Shown here piece after piece: positions 40,572-53,877 of a stretch of DNA of 64,000 nucleotides. This DNA comes from the human T2T-CHM13v2.0 reference genome, Homo sapiens. The notes under the pieces were generated by a model. The model had not been told where the DNA came from. It did not search any database and saw only the letters and a program-made list of their open reading frames with translations. The translations under genes and the position numbers were made by a program. The stretch lies in NCBI RefSeq assembly GCF_009914755.1, contig NC_060927.1. One strand, given 5' to 3'. The stretch's first letter is position 1. Each line of letters opens with the position of its first letter.

Positions 40572-40854
40572 GGCTGAGTGTAGTGGCTCATGCCTATAAT
40601 CCCAACACTTTGAGAGGTTGAGGCAGGAGGATCACTTGAGTCCAGGAGTTTAAGACCAACCTGGGCAACATGGCGAAAACCCGTCTCTACAAAAAAAGTA
40701 CAAAAATTAGCCAGGTGTGGTGGCACATACCTGTTATTCCAGCTACTCAGGAGGCCAAAGTGGGAGAATCACTTGAGTCTGAGAGGTTGATACTGCAGTG
40801 AGCTGAGACCACGCCACTGTACTCCAGCCTGAGTGACAGAGCAAGACCTTGCCT

Positions 40855-40906
<52 letters not shown>
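40572..40906 (+). mobile_element. AluJ-type SINE with a 51-nt pure A tail
   Basis: Dimeric Alu with J diagnostics; A run 40856-40906. Confidence 0.9.
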
Positions 40907-40907
<1 letters not shown>

Positions 40908-42198
40908 AGCCTGGGTAAAGGGTTCTGTGACATTCCATGACAGACCTACCTTCAGTCTAACACTGAGCCATTAAAAAGCCTTCTCGGCACAATTGTTTAA
41001 GGAGCCGTGACTTCATTTTACGCTCAATTGACAAATGTTTTCTGAATGTTTTCTATACACTAAGCACTGAGCTAGGCAACATATGTACAGGATGGGTAAG
41101 CTCTCATTCCTGCCCTCAAATGGCCTAAAACTACTGTCCAGCTCACATTTGCCACCTTGTCCCTATGGATGCGCAAGATACTTTGTCAAATGCTTTGTCC
41201 ATATCAGGATATATTTTGCCTATAATATGCCTGTGAAATTCTGGTCTGATAATCCAACCCAAAAAGGAAATAAGGTCAAGTTGGCTTCATTTGGCCATAC
41301 CATCATACATAGACTTTGCCACTCAGATCATAAGCAATCATACATTGCATTTATTTTGTACTCAACCCTTAGCTAAGCACATGCTCAATAAAGATCTGTT
41401 AAACGAATTAATAAATAAATGGATGTGTGAAAAAGTTCATATTTACTAATTCTGAAACCAAATGAGGCTTACTGCTCTATTAAAAAGTACAATAAACCTC
41501 TGTCTTCATTCTGTGTATGAATTGTGAGCAAGTATGTGTGAATGTATTTGTAACTGTGTGTGGGGGTGTGTGCAAGTATATGTGTGTAAATATATTGTGT
41601 CACTTCATAATAAAGTAGTGGTTTTATAAAATTCTGGAGGGTTACTCCACAGTAGTCATTTTATACCCTCTTTGTTAATTCTAAAAGTCATCGAAAAGCA
41701 AAACATTTAAATAAAGTAAATTTAGTTATAGACTAAACCCATAGATCCACCTCATTTTTTAATATAAAACAAGAGATGGAAAATAATCTAATGTTTTGTC
41801 TATTTTGCCAAAACCCAAAATCTTTCTCCTTTGGGCAAGGAAATACTCACACCATAAGGAGTAATTCTTTAATTGCTTCTAATTAAAATAAATGCCCATG
41901 CACTCTGGGTCTCTGGGAACATGACTAACACTTGCCTCACCTTGCAGATGAAGCGTGGGTAAGGTTGTGAAAATAGTGGGTATCACCTCAACACCACCGC
42001 CTCCTCTAGCCTTACAGCTGAAATCAGGCACCCACCAATATCAGTAGGCCCAGGGCTCTTTCCAACAGCAAAGTATGTGAGACTATCAAGGAAGCTCAGA
42101 TATTGAGTCAGTTCTTGAAACAGATTTTTGCGGAAGTAGCTTAGTAATTAGAAGACCATGGCTTTGGAGACCAAAAGACCCCTCAGCCAGGTGAGGAA

Positions 42199-42199
<1 letters not shown>

Positions 42200-42288
<89 letters not shown>

Positions 42289-42497
42289 GAAGGAAGGAAG
42301 GAAGGAAGGAAGGAAGGAAGGGAAGGGAAGGGAAGGGAAGGGAAGGGAAGGGAAGGGAAGGGAAGGGAAGAGAAGAGAAGAGAAGTGAAGAGAAGAGAAG
42401 AGAAGAGAAGAGAAGAGAAGGAAAGCAAAGGAAAGGAAAGGAGAAGAGAAGAGAAGAGAAAAGAAAAGAAAAAGAAAAGAAAAGAAAGAGAGAAAAA
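42200..42497. repeat. Compound purine microsatellite (GACA)8(GAAA)14(GGAA)8(GGGAA)10(GAGAA)~10 plus degenerate tail, inside a MIR
   Basis: Counted directly; flanks gtgaggaaa and aggctcagagagatgaggtgacttgcctaagctcacacagctagtaag are reverse MIR core. Confidence 0.95.
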
Positions 42498-45230
42498 GGC
42501 TCAGAGAGATGAGGTGACTTGCCTAAGCTCACACAGCTAGTAAGGTCAGGCTCTAACTGGGTCAAATGCCTCACAGATTCAAGCTCTTGACCAACTGCTA
42601 GACAACTGAGCCTCCTACCATCTGACACATTTAAAACAGCTCCAGAATGCCCACCCCAACCTTCAAACAAGCAGCTGTCTCTTCAGAAGGTGCTGCCCAC
42701 ACAGCCATAGGATATAAATTTGTACCAGCCTACTCGGAGTGGGCTGTGGTTGGATGTTCCAGTTTTAATCGTCAACAGCAGTGCCCAAGTAGTTCTGGCC
42801 ATTCAGTCTACTTTGTGGGAGAAAAGGCAGCTGGCAGTCTGTCAAAGCAAATGCTGAACACATAAAGGCAGAGGTTGGGGAGCAGATGTAGTCTCCGCTA
42901 GTAACAAAGATTAAAGAACATATTTCTTCCGTGAGACCAGCATCTAAAACATAAAATGATAAATGAACCTCAGCTTCTGAGCAGTGGAAACTTTTTCCAG
43001 GTTATCAAGAATAACAGCAATATATTTAATATGTTTTTGAGTATCTGTATGCTTCTTCCTTGCCTTGATCATTAATTTGAGAAAGTACATAATTAAAAGT
43101 AAACCTATTCATAGCATCTTCATCCCAAGGGGCTGAAGCACTTTAATGTCATAAGTAAGCCAATGAGATTTATGGCTGGTCTCTGCCTTTAAGACTTGCC
43201 CTTTGACCTTAGGTGAATAATTGTACCACTGGGAGTTCATTAGAGGAAGTAGAAACCAGGACTGCTGACCCTCTCTCATTGGCTGTCCACAGGGGAAGAC
43301 CCAGCAGCAAACAGATAAGGCTTTAATCTGTCACTGAGTTTCATTATGGTCTGACACTGTTCCCTGTTGCAGAACATGTCCTTTGTAGCATTTACAAGCC
43401 CACAAGAAGCTGACGTTAATGACCGCTGGTAGCACATTTTAGCTTTCCATTTGTTTGATTTATTTCATCCTCCTAACAACCTTTTGAGGAGCTTAGTGCT
43501 GATATTATCCCTATTTGACAAATAAGGAAAATGAGGCACAAGGCTTACCTAGTTTACATGACTGGGACCAGAATTGGGACCTGTGACCTCTCCAACCTAT
43601 TCACAGCCAACCGTGCTTATGCAGAGATTGACTTAGAACCCCCATCTTGAACTCTTTTTGGAAGTAGATGTGATACAAGCCTTAAATAAATGAAGGTGTA
43701 TATGAAAGCTATGGGTCCAGGGGTGGGGAAGATTAAACACTGGAGAACTCTTCAGCTGAACTTGAAGGACTCCCGTAATAATAACAGAGCCAGCCACCAC
43801 TCATTGAACAATTGCTGGGTGCTGGGCACTGAGTCAAGAACTTTACATGGATACATCTTCTCATTTAGCACTCGCTACAACTGTGGGAGGTGGGACATTA
43901 TATTCCCCATTTGCAGGATAAAGGACTGTATCCCACAAAGTAGCTCTCCCCAGATCTGGACATTCCTTATATCAAAGCCATTACTGCTCACCAAAACCCC
44001 ATGCTGTTTTCTGTAATTAATAGATTGGGGGAATGAAAGGCATTTCTTAAAAGTAACTCAGTGGTCTGAACCTTAAAAACGCATTATCTTAAGATTTTGC
44101 ATGCCAAAAAGAAAAATCAGTCAAGTGTGTTGAAGGGACATTTAAGTTATTCTTACATTTGTCATTGTTATATACAGCATGGCAGAGTATTTAACCAGGA
44201 TGGCCAGCTTTGAAGCATGAGAGCCTTTCTAAGCCTCAGTTTCCTCATTAGAAAAATGGGGATAAAATTATACCACCTCATAATGTTGTTTTCAGAATTA
44301 AATCATATAATATATAAAGCATTTAGCACCACTTTTTTACATATAGGCAATCAATGAAAGGTGGCTGCTATCACATCATAGTAATATAATGATGTTGCTT
44401 AAAATAAATAGGACAGATACTATAACAAGCAAAAGGTATGGAATTCAGATGATAGCTTTTTAGTCTATTCTATGCTAACAACTATTTATTTCCTATTGAT
44501 GGGTATTTAATTGGTGCTTTTTACTGGAAGCTTAGATTTGTGATTTTGTTTGGTGAGGAGGAGTCTGCAGTGATTGTATATACAATGATGATTTCTTCTG
44601 CTTGATAAACAGAAACCCAGAACAGCACCAACAGTGGGGTAGAAAAATATGACTTATTAGCTATTTTACTAATGCAAAATCAGCCTGGGGAATGCCAATG
44701 CATCAGATGAGGACCATGCAGGAGATGCCAGCTTTTCTTCATTTCAGAAAATTATATCAGAGCATCTACCAAACGGCATCCAAATGTTCATAGGGTTGGC
44801 CTTGCTTGTTTAAGGTAAGAAATAAGTGTAATGGGCAGTCCCGGGAGCATCCCAAGTCTCTCAGTACCCAACTATGTTGAAAGTCTATATCCCAAGCCTC
44901 TCAATACCACCACTATGTAGAAAGAAACAGCAGCAGCTCCAGCTAGCTGTCTCCCTGTCATGACTTGATGCCATTGGAAAGTTCTGGATCACCAGGACTT
45001 ACCGATATTCATCAAGAAGCCAGACAGAAAAGCCCTGCTTGTCTATGTCAATGTTCTGTCAACAGTAACTTGTCTATAGTCATCTATCTTTTATGGTTTG
45101 AGATCCCATTTTCATACCCATTGTCTTCATAACTTTGGGCAAGTTCTTTCCCCCGAGTCTTGATTTCCTCATCCATAAGTTGGACAAAATAACAGAAAAC
45201 TCAAATTCCGTTTAGAAATAACTCAACTTT

Positions 45231-45420
45231 GGGCTGGCAGCCAAGGCTCATGCCTGTAATCCCAACATTTTGGGGGGCCAGGGCAGGAGTAAGGTTCGAT
45301 CCCAGGAGCTCAAGACCAACCTGGGCAACAAAGCAAGACCCCTCTCTACAAAAAATTTAATAATTAGCTAGGCATGTTGGTGCACATCTATAGTTCCAAC
45401 TACTCGGGAGGCTGGGAAGG
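45231..45420 (+). mobile_element. 3'-truncated AluJ-type fragment
   Basis: ggctcatgcctgtaatcccaacatttt...cctctctacaaaaaat...ctactcgggaggctg. Confidence 0.8.
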
Positions 45421-45549
45421 CAAAGGCAAAGATTAGGAGAGCGTTTCAGACTGAGAATGGTGAAGTTCTGGCTTAGGGATGGGGCAGCTCTCAGTTTGTC
45501 CAACAGCTGAAGGGAGGCCCCTGCAGGAGGGGTTAGATTGGAAGAGGGA

Positions 45550-45998
45550 GTGGATGCTGTGATAAGCCATCCCAATGCCCCCACCTATCACCTGCTTCAA
45601 GACTGAGACACTCGATCCCCTGGCTTCTGCTAGCACTGGCGACTGACTGCTCAGCTGATCCTCGTCTGGGAATTCACTTTGGCTGAAGAGAGCTGCCTAG
45701 CCTAAGGACTTGGTCCTCCCTGGGGGAAGCCTGCATGCAATGACAAGTCTATGATGTATGTGGAATCGGGGGGCAGGTGTTGGTATAAAGGCCTGACCCC
45801 TTCCTTGCTGTAATTCAAGACAACTTCAGAGCTTCCTGTGAGATCAGCTGAGGACTTTGCCATGAGTGCCTCACAATGCAACTTCTCCATTGGCCCAGTC
45901 CTGCTTTTCTCACTGCCCTTCCATGAGGATCCTGTGCACTCCCTGCTAAGCTTCCTGCATGCAAATCTTCATCTCAGGTTCTTCCTGGGGAACCCAGA
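45550..45998 (+). mobile_element. ERVL LTR (LTR16-like)
   Basis: gcccagtcctgctt...ctaagcttcctgcatgcaaatcttcatctcagg...ctggggaaccca. Confidence 0.6.
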
Positions 45999-46179
45999 GC
46001 AGAAGTGGAAAGGACATTTGCAGGAACTATTCCAGTAGCACAAGCAAAAAACAAAGAGGGGTTGGACTAGAATAGTGGTTTTGGGGATGGAGATAAGCAG
46101 ACAAATTTTAGATGAGGAGGTAGAGGTTGGAGAATATAAGGTTATTTGAAGGTAGGGAAGCTGAAAGCAAGACAGGATA

Positions 46180-46394
46180 ACTAACAATGCTGAGTCTGAG
46201 GCAAAAGGAAATATCAGTAATAGCGATCTTATGTTTATTTAAAATTATTGCATTTTGTTCACCATGGGGGTTTTTTGGCATTAATTTTGATTTTTAAAAA
46301 TATTGCTTCTCTTTCCTGCTGAGTGTTTTGGCATCCCCTTAAATTTTGCACTCCAGACTTGTACCTCACTTACTTCACCCTAGTCCTGGCCCTG
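46180..46394 (-). mobile_element. hAT DNA transposon relic (MER96B-like)
   Basis: Ends ccccttaaattttgcac...cctcacttacttcaccctagtcctggccctg. Confidence 0.5.
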
Positions 46395-48545
46395 AAAATG
46401 TTTATCTTAAGACACCAAGTTTTGGAATTATTTCATTTTTTTTTAAATTTAAGGTTTCTTTTAAGAGACACATGTCTCACTATGTTGCCCAGGCTGGTCT
46501 CAAACTCCTAGCCTCAAGCAGTCCTCCTGCCTCAATCCCCTCCTGCCTCAATTCCCACTACACCTGGGTCTGGAATTGTTTCTTGCATAGCAATAGGTAA
46601 CTAATGTGCTAGCAAGGAGTCCTTTGGAAATTTACTTAATCTCTCAAAGCCTTGGTTTCCTAATCTGTGAAACAGGGATAAAAGCATATTTCCTATGGTT
46701 ATTTTAATGATTAAATGAAATATTTCAGAGAAAGCCCTTAACATAGTGACCATCACACAGTGTTTCAATTCAATGTGTCCACAATTGTCATCAATGAAAT
46801 CACAAGAGTGAGATCCTCATTTTAAGATCCTGGAGTAATATTATCATTTTTTTCAAAATACTAGGCAGAACTTCCTGTTCTGTTTCTTAAATAAGTTTTT
46901 CTAAATGTTCTCTCTTCTAATGGTCTTTGTGGGCATAAATTTAAGTATGAAAGATAGTGCCTAGTTGCTTAAAAGGCAACTGGTAATGCTTACTACTCTG
47001 AACGGGAACAGGACACCCTGAGTTACTCTTTTAATTACTATTCACGTTTATTGAATACTCATGAAGTGTCAGGGCTCTGGGACAAGGGCATCATTCATTT
47101 TGATATTTAATCCCACAGGCCACCTACAAAGTGAGCATTCCCCATTTCCCCCAATTAATCCCCATTTTACAGATAGGGAAACTGAGGGAGGCCTAGAGAA
47201 GGTAAACATTTTGTACAAGGTCACAGCTGGAAGGCATTGTTCTCAAGGTCTCTGCAGCCTGTGTACAGTTTGCAAGTGGAAGTATTTCTCTCAATTCCAG
47301 CTGTGCCCTTGATTGGGCAAATTACTTTTCCATGACCCACAGCAAAAATTACATCTGGGTGTCTCACCCAAATGTAATAAGGGTGTTTCGCCCATTAAGG
47401 GTTAGTCCTTTGAAGGATTTCTCTATTAATAATATGAATTGTAGACTGACACTGAGTCAGCACGTTGAGTCTTACTGGTATCCCCGCTTCTGCATGAATA
47501 ACAGCATGTGCTGAGTAAGAGGTTCGGAGCTGCTTTAATTCCCTCCCTGTGGCTTTCGCCTCAAGAATTGGCTTACTCCACTGCTGTGGCCTGATATGCC
47601 AGCACAACACAGCAGCCTTCTTGGGTTGCAGGACTCCAATTTTTTCAGTACCTTATGGTCTCCTTTGCCCTTGAACTATGGATATCGACTTTTCACTTTA
47701 ATGCACATTATCTAGAGAAATTCAAAGCCAAAGAAAAACATTCCACAAGACCTGCCTCTGTAGGAATTGGAATAGAGTAGGAAATAGAAAAGTTTGTGTG
47801 AGGGCCATGTTTGTTCCCACGAGTCCAGACTTCCTTGCACAGCTGGAGGGCTTCTCTTGGGGAGACTCAACATGAGCCAAAACATCTGGACTTTTCGCTT
47901 TAAAAAATCTGGTGTCTGCCATCTACAAGCCATAGTATACATTTTTGTTCTTTATATTTAGTAAAATAAGAAACCTTTTGGGAGAAGAGCTCATTGTCTT
48001 AGTGCAGGTCATTAAGTATTTGCTAAGCACAGACTATGTTGCCTGCCAAGCACTCATCATTTGTCTTGTGTTCCAGCGTTTCAAGAAGTTTAAAATCAGA
48101 TCCAATTAAAAGTGATGCCCCTCTAAAGAGGCATAAATGTCCTTATCCAAGAAAACAAAACCTTTGACCTTCTGTGTTGTAGAAATCCTGCACAGTGATA
48201 GAAGCTTATGTACAACACTATGCTTATAACAGGGGGAAAGGAATTGTTTATGCACATTGAGGTTCAACTTAGCATCAGTGATTCATTCCACACTGTCAAG
48301 AGTGTTTACCAAGCACTCTTCCTGAAAGGTCTCTGCCAGCTGGAGAAGTCTCTGGCGTATAATTCACAGAATCTTATACCTGGACAGGGTTTTTGAGGTC
48401 ATCTCATCAAATACTATCCCAGTGCAGGGCTTCCTCCCTGACCTTCTGACAGATGGTGTGCACATTCAGCCACTACTCCAGCAGCATCTTTCCTCCAACC
48501 TTCCCCTGGTCCTGTGCACAATCCACTGCTACCCCACTGAGTCTC

Positions 48546-49250
48546 TGTAATGTGAACTGAATTATGTCCCTCCCAAATTCAAATTATGTGGAAGCCCTAA
48601 CCCCCAATGGGACTGCATTTGGAGATAGAGCCTTTAAAGAGGTAATTAAGGCTAAATGGGTTCATAAGAGTGGGGCCCTGATCCAGCCTGACTGGTGTCT
48701 TTGTAAGAAGAGGAAGAGACACCAGGGGTGTGCACACACACAGTAAAGACCATGTGAAGAGGACGCAGCAAGAAGGCAGCCATCTGCAAGCCGGGAGAAT
48801 CCGACCCTGCCAGCACCTTGATCCTAGACTTCCAGACTACAGATCTGTGAGGAAATGGACTTCTGAGGTTTTTTGGGTTTTTTGTTTGTTAGTTGGTTGG
48901 TGGGTTTCAGACGGAGTCTTGCTCTGTTGCCCAGGCTGGAGTGAAACAATCCCGGCTCACTGCAACCTCTGCCTCTTGGGTTCAAGCGATTCTCCTGCCT
49001 CAGCCCCCCAAGTACCTGGGTCTACAGGTGTGTGCAACCATGCCCAGCTAATTTTTGTGTTTTTAGTAAAGACCGGATTTCACCATGTTGGCTGGGCTGG
49101 GCTCAAACTCCTAGCCTCAAGTGATCCGCCTGTCTCAGCCTCCCAAAGTGCTGGGATTATAGGCGTGAGCCACTGCACCTGGTGGAATTTCTGTTTTGAA
49201 GCCACCCAATCTTTGGTATTTTGTTCTGGCAGCCCAAGCTGACTAAGACA
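48546..49250 (+). mobile_element. MLT1A-type MaLR LTR split by an Alu
   Basis: tgaattatgtccctcccaaattc...tttggagatagagcctttaaagaggtaattaagg...cagcaccttgatcctagacttccag / gccacccaatctttggtattttgtt...gactaagaca. Confidence 0.8.
48866..49182 (-). mobile_element. AluS-type SINE
   Basis: Reverse Alu with degenerate G/T tail; TSD tggacttctg / tggaatttctg. Confidence 0.88.
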
Positions 49251-50417
49251 CTTCCTTCTAGAGTTTTTTGGCCTTCTACCCAGCCTGCCTCTTTGGTAGT
49301 TTACACTGTCCTGTTTTTAGTCTTTATATGAGATTTAAGCCTATTCTAATAATGCTCCCTTGTTCACACTTTGCTTTATCAGTATGTGTCTCATCTCCCA
49401 AAGCACATTATTAACTCATAGGAAAAAACAATCAGGTTAAACAAGCCTCTTTTTTTCTGAAGTGCCTAGAAGGAAGCAGTATAGACTCTGGGGATTTAAT
49501 AAATCTGAATTGCTTAAATAAATGGTAAACTACTCCTGCTAGTCGGCAGTTACGTTCCTCAGATACATTAATCCTCAGTTTTCACATCTGTAAACAGGTA
49601 ATAAATTCTGTCTCTTAAATAGAATGTATCTGATGAGATTGCAGTGAAGATTAAGTTAGATAAATTTGTCTGGCATATAGTAAGTGCTCCATTAAAAGAG
49701 AATTATTATTATTATTTTATCGTAAAGCCACACCTGGGAAAAGGAAAGTGATCTCACCCAAAAGGTATAAAATCGCTGCGGATTCAGTTCTGCAGTATAT
49801 GAAGAAGTATATGTCTCTTGCCTTTCACTTTTTCTTGTTTTGAGATGAGCCACACAGCATTGTACTGGTTAGAAGAGATAAATGATGGAACCCAGGTTCC
49901 CCTCTCTCTTCACTGGCACTCCAGGGTGGAATGCTTTTTACCTCAATAATGTTTTCTAGCCCCATTAGTTGTTACGTTTCTGTTTGAATAGCAATGTGAT
50001 GCATCCAAAGCATCAACTACACTATGTTCTATTTACTAAATGCATTAAACGTAAGGATGAAGAAACGTTAAAAGATGGACTTGCCAAACATGATTCTGAG
50101 CAAACTGTACCAAAAGACAACTAACATTTTATTAGAAAACTTCTAATTACCACATGCAGGCAATCCTGTCACAGGATTTCAGCCTTTGTGGTGATTCATT
50201 CTCCCCACCCCATGACACAAGTTGGAGGAATTATCCAGTGATTGTACAGTTTGCAAACATTAATGAATCTGGTGCCTTAGATCATGTTTATGAATAATCT
50301 GTTGCAATACTCACCCTTTCATTTGGAATCTTTGCAAAGGATTCCTTTTGTGTCTGGTCCAGGAATCCTTCCAATGCTAAACAGACTTTCCACTTCCCAA
50401 AACCTCACTATCCCTTC

Positions 50418-50777
50418 TGATATGGTTTGGCTGTGTCCCCACCTAAATCTCGTCTTGAGTTGTAGCTCCCATAATTCCCATGTTGTGGGAGGGACCCAGT
50501 GGGTGATAATTGAATCACGGGGGTTGTTCCCCCCCATACTGTTCTCATGGTAGTGAATAAGTCTCACATGATCTGACAGTTTATAAGGGGAAACCCCTAT
50601 CACCTGGTTCTCATTCTCTCTTGTCTGCCACCATGTAAGATGTGACTTTTACCTTCCACCGTAATTGTGAGGCCTCCCCAGCCACATGGAACTGTGAGTC
50701 CGTTAAACCTCTTCTTCTTTATAAATTACTCAGTCTCAGGTATGTCATTATCACCAGGGTAAAAAAGGACTAATACG
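50418..50777 (+). mobile_element. THE1 (THE1B-like) solo LTR
   Basis: tgatatggtttggctgtgtccccacc...tgtgaggcctccccagccacatggaactgtgagtc...ggactaatac; 5-bp TSD ccttc/ctttc. Confidence 0.9.
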
Positions 50778-51058
50778 CTTTCTAAGGTCAAGAGCTTAAT
50801 CAATACAAATTGAATTTTGCATAAGTCAATTTAAAGATGACTCTTATAAGTTAATACAGACCTAAGCTATGTATTCTCAGATCTTTGGATTCAATAGACC
50901 AGTATCTAAAGCCTTTGTTAGTGGTTTATATATCCATAGCTGTCTGTTATGATAACTTTTGCAGAATTGACATGCGAACTGATCGATTAAGCTGCCAGGA
51001 GACTTTTGTGATTTGATTCTCAATGAAAAATTTTGGGGGTAATATCCATCTCACTTTT

Positions 51059-51352
<294 letters not shown>

Positions 51353-52009
51353 CCATCTCACTTTTAAAAAATATTCTAATAAAGTCCTTGGCTGGCAACC
51401 AGAAGGATAAAATAAAAAGAATCAAATTATCTAGTGGTGTTAAATATAAAACGGAAAGGAATAAAAATTTAAAAGGATACAGACACAGGGAATAGTAATA
51501 TTCCCTGCCTCAATATTTTGGTTTACACAGTTCCTTTTTATCTTTTTAAAAGTATAAATAGTACATGCCTATTGTATGATACAAATGTGTACCAAACAGT
51601 GAAAAGGCCCTCCACTTTCCCCTGGTAGATCAGTCTTTCAATAAAACCTAATGTTAATACTTTAGTGTATGGCCTTCTAGATTCTTCTGTGCATACATCT
51701 ACAAATGTATTTGCCTCAATAGATTATACTATGCATACCATTCTCTGCCCTATATTTTTTAATCCAACAAAATATTGTGGATATGTTTCCTTGCCTATTC
51801 ATATAAATCAATGTTCTGAATGACTGCATAGTAATTGCTGAACCACAACTTATCTCCTACTGATAACATTTACATTGGTTCTAATTTTTTTACCATAACA
51901 TCAGTGGTATAATTTCTGCATGATTGTAATAAAAAGATGCTTCATATTTATTTATACTTCTTTAAGTTAAATTTCTAACATAGTTTTGCCGGGTCAAAAA
52001 GAATACCCA

Positions 52010-52396
<387 letters not shown>

Positions 52397-52617
52397 TTAT
52401 TTGCCCAATCCTTCAGAAAATTTGGGCAACGTAGATAATTTTCATTTTTATAGATTTCTTATTTTTACATTTGAATGTATAATCTTTTATAAAATAGTAA
52501 GATGAAGAGATGAAGGGCCTTGCTATTGTTTACAAACTATGTGACAACAGACTTTAAAGTTTAGGTTTTTTAAGTTAATTCAGGCAATAAATCTTTAAAA
52601 CAAAAAAAAAAATCTCA

Positions 52618-52913
52618 GGCCAGGTGCAGTGGATCATGCCTGTAATCCCAGCACTTTGGGAGGCTGAGGAAGGAGGATCACTTGAGGCCAGTAGTTTGAG
52701 GCCAGCCTGGGAAACACAGTGAGACCCCATTTCTATAAAAAAGATTTTAAAGATTAGCCAAGTATGGTGATGCATGCCTGTAGTCTTAGCCACCCAGGAG
52801 GCTGAGGCAGGAGGATAGCTTGAGCCTAGGAGTTGGAGGCTGCAGTAAACTGTGATTGTGCTACTGGACTCCAGCCTGGGTGACAGAGTGGGACCTTGTA
52901 TCTTAAAAAAAAG
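52618..52913 (+). mobile_element. AluJ-type SINE
   Basis: Dimeric Alu with J diagnostics. Confidence 0.88.
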
Positions 52914-53342
52914 AAGTTAAAAACAAACAATAAAAAACATATTATCTTCTCTTCCTAGACCACATCCTTTCGCAACCATTTGAGAACTAGGTAAAAATTA
53001 TCAGTCTCTATTGCTAGCTGAAGCTTTCACCTTGACTGGGCTTCCACCATCACCAGGTTTGATTGCAAAGTGTCATTTCTTTTCTTGGGTGAGAAGCATA
53101 TCAAAATACTATCACTTGCTTACCCTGCCCCGACATGCTAGGTTTGATTCATGTTGGAATAATAGAAAGGACTAAAGAATTCAGAGCAGTTCTGTACTCT
53201 CGCCTGACACCTAACACCAATCGGTTTCCAGCCCACAGAGCTGTGCAGTGGAATCTCCAAGGCACATTCTAGATTCCCTAGTGTCACTCCAGTGAGCAAC
53301 CTTTCTACACACTTCAGCACCTGGACAGCTCTCTTGGCACCA

Positions 53343-53405
53343 CCTCTAGAGGGCATGGTAAGCCGCTTTGTTGAGCCCTCTAGTGGTTGCTTTAGTTATT
53401 GCACA
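53343..53405. promoter_or_regulatory. Two convergent CTCF motifs
   Basis: Plus CCTCTAGAGGGCA (53343-53355); minus CCACTAGAGGGCTC (53386-53373) with TGCAAT 11 nt upstream of the core. Confidence 0.7.
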
Positions 53406-53579
53406 ACTGTTTTTAAAATTTCAGGTGTACCTCGGAGATATTGCAGGTTGGGTTCCAGACAACCACAGTAAAGCTAGTATCAGAATAGCTCTGGTTCTGC
53501 AGTGCATATAAAAGTTATATTTGCACTGTACTGTAGTCTATTAAGCGTGCAATAACATTAGGTCAAAAAACAATGTACT

Positions 53580-53877
53580 GACTTGGCAAAGTGGCTCACA
53601 CCTGTAATTCCAGCACTTTGGGAGACAAGGGTGGGAGGATCACTTGAGCCCAGGACTTTGACACTACTCTGGGCAACACAGTGAGAACTCATTTCTTTAA
53701 AAAAAAAAAAAAGATTAAAAATTAGCTGGACATGGTGCTGTGCATTTGTAGTCCCAGCTGCTCAGGAGGCTGAGGTAGGGGGATCACTTGAGCCTGGGAG
53801 ATTGAGGCTGCAGTGAGCTATGATCATGCCACTGCATTCCTTCCTGGGCAACAGAGTGAGACCTTGTCTCCGGAAAA
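53580..53877 (+). mobile_element. AluJ-type SINE inside Tigger1
   Basis: Dimeric Alu; TSD aatgtac. Confidence 0.88.

Noticed and set aside
42086-42670. 194-aa Phe/Leu/Ser-rich ORF and Lys/Glu/Arg-rich opposite ORF
   Set aside because: Translation of the microsatellite
48730-49242. 170-aa ORF and many similar ORFs ([23 protein letters not shown] motifs)
   Set aside because: Alu- and MLT-derived translations
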